DNA of 64,000 bases from Planctomycetota bacterium (GTDB lineage Bacteria > Planctomycetota > UBA8108 > SXIK01): NCBI GenBank assembly GCA_965223265.1, contig OZ244999.1, positions 8,992,001 to 9,056,000 of the forward strand, written 5' to 3'. The translations under genes were made by a program, and so were the position numbers. Positions 29,140 to 36,365 of this stretch are shown piece after piece. The notes under the pieces are model-generated. The model was not told the origin of the DNA, ran no database searches, and saw nothing but the letters and a program-made list of their open reading frames with translations. Positions within the stretch are counted from its first letter, which is position 1; each line of letters starts with the position of its first letter.

Positions 29140-32100
29140 ATGCCTCTTCACAGCTCAGCACTTCCAGCGACGGTTTGCGGCTATCGTGTGCATCGCCTCT
29201 TGGCATCCGGGTCGTCCGCGCAGGCGCGAGCATACGTTGTGTCGCGTCCCGGCCACCGCCGCCCGTCCATTGTTCTTAAGGAACTTTCTGGAATTCACGG
29301 CGAACGTCTTGACCGTTTGCGCTCCGATTTCGCCGCGCTCTGCAGCCTGCAACACACCGCGCTACTGTTACCGACGGGCTGTTGCCGAGAGCCTTCCACG
29401 GGGCGCTGGTATCTGACACGGCCGTTCGTCGAGGCGACCGATTTTCTTGCAGCCGCCGGGTCGAGGCCGGCTCAGCTTCTCAGCTGGCTGATCGCGGCAG
29501 CTCAGTCACTCGAGCTTCTGCACCGTTTCGGATATGTCCACGGCAACGTGAAGAGCGAGAACCTGCTGGTGCCGAAGGCGCAGCGCAGTGCCGGTGGTTC
29601 CGGTGCTCGTCGGGTCCTGATCACAGATCCGGCGTGGTGGCCTCTCGATGGCCGTCGTCCATCCCGGCGACGCGCTAGCAACCCGCCGGCCGAACACGCC
29701 AACGATTTTGCGGCCGATCTTCACGCACTCGGGTCGGTTTTCTATCACCTCCTCAGGGGCGAGTCGCCAACAGGGGAGGCGAGTCACTTCTCCGACGTCG
29801 CCGAGAATTCGGATGCCCTCAGCCGTGACCTAGCACGCGTCATCCGAAAGCTGCTGCAGCCGCACCCGCAGCAGCGTTATCGAAGCTGCGCGACTCTGCT
29901 CGACGACTTGTATCGACTCCGGCCCTCTGGTTCCGACCGCAAGCTGGAAGTGCCGGAGTGTTTTGTCGGCCGCGAAGAAGAGCTCGAACGCGCCGACGGG
30001 CAGCTTCGCGCCCGAGGCGGCGACGGCATCGTTGTGATCGGCGGCGCTGCAGGAATGGGAAAGACGAGCTTCGTGCGACACCTGTGTGTTGCGCGCGAGA
30101 TCGAGGGCTACCGATGCGCTGTGCTCGCCCTCCGCATGCAGGCCGATTCGTCTCCAACCGTGTTTCGCGCGTTGGCGGCGTCGCTGATTCCAATCGGCGC
30201 CGAGGGGCGCAAGCTGCGGTCTCGATTCCGTTTTCTCATGGAGCAGCTTCTGACCGAGTCTCCTGATCACTGGACAGAGCCGGCGCATCGATTTGTCGTC
30301 CAGCAACTCGTCGACCTGTTTCGTGACGCGCTCGCTCGCTCGCGGACCTGTCTGGTTTTCGAGGACTTGCAACTCGCCGATCGACTCGCCATCGAGTTTG
30401 TCGTCGCTCTGATCAAACGTCTATCCTCTGGATGCTTTTGGGACGTTGAAGAGTCGTCACCTGTCGAGTCGCGTTTGCAAGTCATCGTCACCCACCGCAG
30501 CGAACGTCCGTTTCAAGCCTCCCTCGCATCACTTCTTCAGGCACTGCGGCGCGCAGAGGCGGTCGCTCTTCGCCTGGAGCTTCTTCCTCTGCACCGCAAG
30601 TGCGTCGATGAGTGGATCGATACGGCGACAGAGGGCTCGGGTCACACGCCTCGCGATCGGGTCCCTGAGCACGTGCGGGCGTCGGGGATTCCGCTTGCCG
30701 TTCACGAAGCTCTGCGGCTTGGCGGCGGATTGGCCGACGAAGGTCCGAGAATGGAAGGGCTCTCTGACGTCCATCGCCGTTATTTGGAATCGCTGCCGCC
30801 GGACGACCAGGCGATACTGACGGCGCTCGCCTTGCTGAATCGGCCAGCTTCAGAGCACGTCCTAGCTGCAGTGACGGGACGGCCAAAGAGCGCCGTGCGG
30901 TCCTGCCTTCAAGCGCTGGTGAGCGATTCGACACTCGTCGAAGATGCTGACCTCTATGTGTTTCGTCACAACTCATTCTCCGCTTGGCTTCGCGAGGGAC
31001 TAGAGCGCGATGAGAAAGCGAAGCTGCACAGCCGTATAGCAAGTTGGCTTGAGACTGATCCAGCCGCAAGTATCGAGGAGAACGCGCACCACTGGCTGCG
31101 CTCGCACGATCCCAGGCGCGGCCTCGAGTCTGCAGTTGAAGCAGCTCGAAACTTGGCGCGCAACTACGAGTATCAACGCGCTATCGACTACTACGAGGCG
31201 GTCGTGAAGTTACTCTCGGAGGAGAGTCCGGACCGCCGCAGCCTGGTGGAGGAGATGGCTGAGGCCTACTCGCGTGCTGGCCAGCATCGGCGGGCATTCG
31301 AGATTGCGAGCTCCTTGATCGGAACACAGGGGTCTCCGGAGGCGGAAGGCCGCCTGCAAGGTCGGATTGGTTCGTTCGCACACCGCGCCGGTGAGATCGA
31401 CGACGCCGTGGAGCATCTGGAGCAGGGCCGACGCCTCCTCGCCTCCTCAACTCAGGCGGACCTCGTGCGGGAGCGCGGTTGGATCGAGTCCGAACTCGCC
31501 GAAATCGCCAGCAATCGAGGCGACTATGCTAGCGCGGAGGCGCTGTGCAGCGAGGGTTTGAGAGCCGTCGATCAATGCACCGAGGATTCGCGAAGTCGGC
31601 GTCTTATGATGATTCTCGTGGAGACCCTTGCTCACGTCCACCTGCGGCGTTTCGAGTACGACGAAGCCCGACGCCTCTTCGAACGAAGCCTCCGCATCAG
31701 CGAAGAGCTCGGCACAGCCCCCGAGACGAGCCTCATTCTCAATAACCTTGGCATTCTCCACAACCAGCAGAATCGATTCGAGCAGGCAATCGAGTGTTAC
31801 TCTCAGGCCTCGGCGCTGTCGCAGCAACTGGGAGACGAGGTGGCACTCGTCAACGTCGAATCGAACTTAGCGCTCCTTTACGCCAAGACCGGCGATCTTC
31901 GGCATGCCGACGCCGCGCTGCGTCGCGCCGTTCGCTACGAGTCGCAGTGTGACTCTAGCCGCAGCCGATTCATGCGTCTGCATTCTGCGGGAGTGGTCGA
32001 CTTACTGTTTGGCAGGTATGCCGCTGCGTCCGACTCTCTTCGACGCGCCATTCAGTTGGGGCAAGAGCTGAAGGATTGGTTTCTCGTCGCTTTCGACTTC

Positions 32101-33933
32101 GTTTACCTCGCAGAGAGTCACCTTTTTCGCGGTGAGGCCGGTGCTGCGCTCACGCCACTCGATCGTGCGCTGTCGTTGCCGTCGACTCCTCCAGTACTCG
32201 CAAGCATGGTCGCGGCGCGCAGAGCGCTGGCCTACGCGCTGCGCGAGCAGGAGAAGGACGCGCTGCGCGAGCTGGGGGCGGTCGAAGATCCCTTTCCCGG
32301 CGCCGACTACCTACGGGCTTGGAATCTCTACTTTGTCGGCTGGAGCCGGCGACTGTTGGGGCACCACGGTGCCGCCGTAACGGCATTCGAGGAGGCACGA
32401 TCTCTCTTCAAGCGAGCTGCCGCGTGGGCAGGATTTCTGCACGTCGAACTCGAACTCGTTGCGTGTGAGCTCGAGCAGCAACCGTCCCGAGCGAAAACTC
32501 GTCTTCGCGGCCTCGCCCGCGAGTATGTATGCGGTGTGCCGCCACTGACGAACGCCATGCTGTGCGCGCGCTTTCTCGGATTCCAGTCGAAGCTCCTTTT
32601 TGAGCGGGAGCCACCCGACATCGACGCCGCCGCATCCACGCTCCTAGAGGCGGAGGCATATTTGATCGGTCGCCGACTCGGGGAGGTGGAGATGTTCCTC
32701 AAAGCGCAGCGACGCGAGCTCCAGCGCGCGACCCTGACATCCTTGCCAGCATCCGATCGCGCAGTGGCGAGTCGGAAGCACACACAGGATGAGAGTGACC
32801 TCTTCGCTCAGACCGTACACGACTTGGCCGAGGAGTTCATTGGCAGCTGGGAGACTGAGTTGGGCGCCGAGCGGATGGCGCCTCTGCGTCGTAGTCTGCA
32901 TGAATTCCACCGACAACTGGAGCAGACTCAGCGTGCTCGGGAGTCCGAGCAGGCCACGCCTTGGACGTGCGATTGCAGTTCAATCATCGGTCGATCCGCG
33001 GCGATCGACGCCCTGACCTCGGCGATTCGACAGCTTGCCGCGTCCGACCTACCTGTGCTCATTCGCGGCGAAACCGGAGCTGGAAAGGAACTCGTCGCAC
33101 GCGCGATTCACGGTGAGAGCCCGAGACGCGCCGGCCCATTCGTGTCGATCAACTGCGCGGCCTTGCCGGAGGAGCTGCTCGCAGCGGAACTGTTTGGACA
33201 TCGCAAAGGAGCCTATTCAGGAGCGGAGGAGGACCGCATCGGATTGATCGTGAGCGCGCAAGGGGGCACGCTGCTTTTCGACGAGGTCGGCGAGATGACT
33301 TTGTCGCTTCAGGGAAAGCTGCTGCGTGTCCTCGATCGAAAGCGTGTGCGTCCTCTTGGAGGCAGCGAGGAAATCGAAGTCGACGCGCGCTGTCTTTTCA
33401 CGACCCATCGAGACCTTCCAGCTCTCGTCGAGGAGGGCGAGTTTCGGGCAGACCTCTACTATCGGTTGCGAGGTTTCGAGGTGGAGGTGCCTCCGCTCCG
33501 TCAACGCTTGGAAGACTTGCCCCTTCTGATCGAGGAGACGCGGATGAACTGCGGCCTGGACCGGCCTCCCACGGTCGACAGCGAAGCTCTGCGCGTGCTC
33601 GCGAGTTACTCGTGGCCGGGGAACGTCCGCGAACTTCAGAACGTTATGACACGGCTAGTGTTTTCCGTGCAGGAAATCGTGCGAGCTTCCGACGTCGAAC
33701 AACTCCTCGAAGACGTCAGCGGCGGTGGAGTGTACAGCGCCGCGTTCCTTCGCAGCCGGCCTCTCAGTGAGCTCGTACGAGAGCTCGAAAAGGAATACTT
33801 CGAACAACTCTCTCGCGATAAGAACGGGCGGGTCCAGGATATGGCGCGCGAGCTTGGGGTCTCAGTGCAGGCACTCTACAAGAGGTTCAAGTCTCTTGGG
33901 ATATCGAAGACGCGGCGCTCGGATCGCCGTTAA
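29140..33933 (+). CDS. Ser/Thr pseudokinase - AAA (STAND) ATPase - TPR - sigma54 activator (AAA+, Fis-type HTH) fusion
   Basis: VLKE, HGNVKSENLL; FVGREEEL, GAAGMGKT, LVFEDLQLAD; TPRs (LNNLGILH); GETGAGKE, ELFGHRKGAYSGA, FDEVGEM, FRADLYYRL, WPGNVRELQN; MARELGVSVQALYKR. Confidence 0.9.
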   Translation: MPLHSSALPATVCGYRVHRLLASGSSAQARAYVVSRPGHRRPSIVLKELSGIHGERLDRLRSDFAALCSLQHTALLLPTGCCREPSTGRWYLTRPFVEATDFLAAAGSRPAQLLSWLIAAAQSLELLHRFGYVHGNVKSENLLVPKAQRSAGGSGARRVLITDPAWWPLDGRRPSRRRASNPPAEHANDFAADLHALGSVFYHLLRGESPTGEASHFSDVAENSDALSRDLARVIRKLLQPHPQQRYRSCATLLDDLYRLRPSGSDRKLEVPECFVGREEELERADGQLRARGGDGIVVIGGAAGMGKTSFVRHLCVAREIEGYRCAVLALRMQADSSPTVFRALAASLIPIGAEGRKLRSRFRFLMEQLLTESPDHWTEPAHRFVVQQLVDLFRDALARSRTCLVFEDLQLADRLAIEFVVALIKRLSSGCFWDVEESSPVESRLQVIVTHRSERPFQASLASLLQALRRAEAVALRLELLPLHRKCVDEWIDTATEGSGHTPRDRVPEHVRASGIPLAVHEALRLGGGLADEGPRMEGLSDVHRRYLESLPPDDQAILTALALLNRPASEHVLAAVTGRPKSAVRSCLQALVSDSTLVEDADLYVFRHNSFSAWLREGLERDEKAKLHSRIASWLETDPAASIEENAHHWLRSHDPRRGLESAVEAARNLARNYEYQRAIDYYEAVVKLLSEESPDRRSLVEEMAEAYSRAGQHRRAFEIASSLIGTQGSPEAEGRLQGRIGSFAHRAGEIDDAVEHLEQGRRLLASSTQADLVRERGWIESELAEIASNRGDYASAEALCSEGLRAVDQCTEDSRSRRLMMILVETLAHVHLRRFEYDEARRLFERSLRISEELGTAPETSLILNNLGILHNQQNRFEQAIECYSQASALSQQLGDEVALVNVESNLALLYAKTGDLRHADAALRRAVRYESQCDSSRSRFMRLHSAGVVDLLFGRYAAASDSLRRAIQLGQELKDWFLVAFDFVYLAESHLFRGEAGAALTPLDRALSLPSTPPVLASMVAARRALAYALREQEKDALRELGAVEDPFPGADYLRAWNLYFVGWSRRLLGHHGAAVTAFEEARSLFKRAAAWAGFLHVELELVACELEQQPSRAKTRLRGLAREYVCGVPPLTNAMLCARFLGFQSKLLFEREPPDIDAAASTLLEAEAYLIGRRLGEVEMFLKAQRRELQRATLTSLPASDRAVASRKHTQDESDLFAQTVHDLAEEFIGSWETELGAERMAPLRRSLHEFHRQLEQTQRARESEQATPWTCDCSSIIGRSAAIDALTSAIRQLAASDLPVLIRGETGAGKELVARAIHGESPRRAGPFVSINCAALPEELLAAELFGHRKGAYSGAEEDRIGLIVSAQGGTLLFDEVGEMTLSLQGKLLRVLDRKRVRPLGGSEEIEVDARCLFTTHRDLPALVEEGEFRADLYYRLRGFEVEVPPLRQRLEDLPLLIEETRMNCGLDRPPTVDSEALRVLASYSWPGNVRELQNVMTRLVFSVQEIVRASDVEQLLEDVSGGGVYSAAFLRSRPLSELVRELEKEYFEQLSRDKNGRVQDMARELGVSVQALYKRFKSLGISKTRRSDRR

Positions 33934-34030
33934 CGAGCGTCTTTGTGATCGACTGGATCCTACGAAACGGTCCTGTTCTTTCTTCTCCTTTCGGTTCTTT
34001 GTCGCTGCATTCATTTTTTTGCGGGCGCTG

Positions 34031-34372
34031 GGGACGGAGATGGAGACAGACTTAGAGACAGATTCAGACGCAGAGGCAGATTCAGAGACAGAGACAGAGA
34101 CAGATTCAGACTCAGATTCAGACTCAGACTCAGATTCAGATTCAGATTCAGAGACAGACGCAACGCGCCCACGCACACGGGAACGGGAACGGGAACGGCC
34201 GAGCGCACGCCGACAAGGCCGGACGGCACACGGAGAGGCTGTGAGTTTTTGAGAACGAGTGGTGGCGACGCACGGTCACAGTCACGTTCGACGGTCGCGT
34301 CCAGAACGGCACCCGGCGCGTGCCTGCTACTTGAGCACTCGCACACCCCACACGCACACGCACTCGCTCACG
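34031..34372 (+). repeat. hexamer-array locus D (bipartite) with embedded REP sequences
   Basis: about 22 GANNCR-type units (GAGACA/GATTCA/GACTCA) at 34031-34162, then CACGCA/AACGGG units, with further CACGGT/CACGCA units around the REP. Confidence 0.85.
34304..34331 (-). repeat. GTAG-family REP
   Basis: reverse complement AGTAGCAGGCACGCGCCGGGTGCCGTTC, same family as 23841-23870. Confidence 0.8.
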
Positions 34373-34465
34373 GTCTTGAAGTGTTTCTCTTTCGCAACAT
34401 TGGGGAAGGTTTCCGAGCTCTCTCGACGAGACATTTGCGCGACTGTAGGGTCTGAGTCGCACAGG

Positions 34466-35398
34466 TTAACCCGCGAACCTTTGCACGATGGAAACGCAGC
34501 CCTCGAGGTAGCTGCGCCCAAAGAGGTTGAGATGGTTGAGGAGGTGGTAGAGTTTGTAGATCTCCATCCTTTCCTCGGCACCATCGGCGAGCGGCCACGC
34601 TTCCTCGTAAGCCGAGTAGAACCGGGCGTCGAAGCCGCCGAACAGGCGCGTCATCGCGAGGTCTGCCTCGCGCCGGCCGTAGTAGACGGCCGGATCGATC
34701 AGTACCGGGTTTCCGGCCGCGTCGCACATGTAGTTGCCGCTCCAGAGGTCGCCATGGAGAAGGGCCGGCGGCTCCTCCGGCTCAGCGATGAGTGATTCGA
34801 GCCGGTCAAGAAGTCGATCTCCGAGCCTGTCGAGTCGTGCGTCGCTCACACCTTTGGTGCGGGCGAGGTCGAGTTGAAACTGCAGGCGCTGGAAGCGCCA
34901 AAACTGCGTCCAATCGCTGTCCCAATCGTTTCGCTGCGGCGTGCTACCGATGTAGTTGTCGCTGCCGAACCCGAACTGCTCTGCGGCGGCGGCGCGATGG
35001 AGCGCTGCGAATTGCCGGCCGAACGCCTCGTAGAATCTCGGGCCTGGTCGAGACGAGTCGATCGCTTCCATCACAATAAAAGGGATGACTCGGTGCGGAT
35101 CGCGCTCCATTGAACCGCCAGTGCCGATCGGCCTTGGCACGCGAATCTTGCCGCTCTCCGCAAGCGCTTCGAGCCCGTCGCACTCACATTCGAACATACG
35201 CGGCAAAGGGGCGGGGTTTGACTTGAGGAAGAACGTACGCTTGTCCTCGAGCTCGATGATGCGCGCGTCGTTGATGCACCCGCCGCCGGCGCTGCGGCTG
35301 GAGCGGATCGTCGCGTTTCGCCCAGTTTGGCGCGTGATCAACTCTTCGACGGCACGGCGTAGGGTGTCATCGATCATCGCAGGAGTCTTTCGAGCCAA
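34466..35398 (-). CDS. fructosamine-3-kinase family protein (ketosamine kinase; alternative start 35377)
   Basis: GGGCIN, FFLK, FGFGSDNYIGSTPQ, LLHGDLWSGN, IDPAVYYGRREADLAM. Confidence 0.93.
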   Translation of the reverse strand: MARKTPAMIDDTLRRAVEELITRQTGRNATIRSSRSAGGGCINDARIIELEDKRTFFLKSNPAPLPRMFECECDGLEALAESGKIRVPRPIGTGGSMERDPHRVIPFIVMEAIDSSRPGPRFYEAFGRQFAALHRAAAAEQFGFGSDNYIGSTPQRNDWDSDWTQFWRFQRLQFQLDLARTKGVSDARLDRLGDRLLDRLESLIAEPEEPPALLHGDLWSGNYMCDAAGNPVLIDPAVYYGRREADLAMTRLFGGFDARFYSAYEEAWPLADGAEERMEIYKLYHLLNHLNLFGRSYLEGCVSIVQRFAG

Positions 35399-35407
35399 AT
35401 TCTGGAG

Positions 35408-35890
35408 TCAGTCATCGAGGAGATGGGCGAGGATTGCCGGACACGCGGCCTCGATCATATCGAGGACGTGTTCGAACCCTCTCGCGCCGCCATAGTATGG
35501 ATCGGGAACATCGATTCCCCATTTGTGGTCGAGAAAAGAGCTGAGCAATCTGACGTTGTCCGTGTCGCGACCTCTCGCGAGGGTGCGGAGATCGGCGAGG
35601 TTGTCTCGGTCCATAGCCACGACCAGAGAGAATTCATCAAGATCTCCACGCGTGACCTGCCGGGCGCGACTGAGCAGCGCGTAGCCTCGCCGCGTGGCGG
35701 CTTGTCGCATGCGCTCGTCGGCAGGATTCCCAGCGTGATAGTCGATCGTGCCGGCGGAGTCGACGACAACACTCTCGGTCAATCCGCGGGATTCGACGAG
35801 CGCCTGGAAAACACCTTCACCCGCCGGTGACCGGCAGATGTTTCCCATGCAGACAAACAGCACGCTCTTTCGTTGCACCGATTCGTTCAT
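35408..35890 (-). CDS. low-molecular-weight protein tyrosine phosphatase
   Basis: VLFVCMGNICRSP, DSAGT, DVPDPYYG. Confidence 0.95.
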   Translation of the reverse strand: MNESVQRKSVLFVCMGNICRSPAGEGVFQALVESRGLTESVVVDSAGTIDYHAGNPADERMRQAATRRGYALLSRARQVTRGDLDEFSLVVAMDRDNLADLRTLARGRDTDNVRLLSSFLDHKWGIDVPDPYYGGARGFEHVLDMIEAACPAILAHLLDD

Positions 35891-35980
35891 GAAGACCTGC
35901 ATCAAGGCTGATGATCGCGTCGTTTGAATCTCGATCCACTATCCAACCGTCGGTGAACGTGAGATGGAATCCTTTTTTGT

Positions 35981-36157
35981 GGGGCAGAGACGGAGGCGGA
36001 AGGCGCAGAGAACGATTGACCTCGCTGCGCTCGGGCGGCGACCACGTTCGCCTCTCTTGACTTTCTGGCCTCTCATGGAAGGCAGCTAGCGCCGACGCCG
36101 ACCCCCACGGTCACGCTCCCTCCCCCTCCCTCTCCCACCCCACGCCCACGCCCACGA
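35981..36157 (+). repeat. degenerate hexamer-array locus E with cassette-like motifs
   Basis: GGGGCAGAGACGGAG (identical to the start of locus C), CCTCGCTGCGCTCGG, CCACGTTCGC, then CACGCC units. Confidence 0.5.
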
Positions 36158-36365
36158 CGGGGGCCGCCGAGTCGGAGGCCCGGGCACAAGGCTTGGGTCG
36201 TAGACCGTGCTCGGACAGCCAGGATCCTGCGTGTGGCTAAGGACTTCGAGGGTGCCCTGGTCTTTTTTCAGAAAACCTGTCTGCAATCCAGCTCGAGGGG
36301 CGTTGGAGCTTCGTGGCCACACCACACGGACCAAAAATCGGACCTCAAGCACAAGGAGTTTTGTC

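Noticed and set aside
29140-33933. Avs-type anti-phage STAND defence system
   Set aside because: The output domain is a sigma54 transcriptional activator, not a nuclease or other toxic effector, and there is no defence-island context.
33725-34462. ORFs with (DS/ET)n, (SE)n or (LN/LS)n dipeptide runs, also 41212-41878, 47000-47704 and 54215-54649
   Set aside because: They are open only because the hexamer arrays lack stops, they occur in several frames and strands at once, and they overlap real genes. Not called as CDS, although translation was not excluded.
36182-36196. sigma54 promoter upstream of the second dockerin gene (GGGCACAAGGCTTGG)
   Set aside because: The -12 element reads TTGG instead of the near-invariant TTGC.
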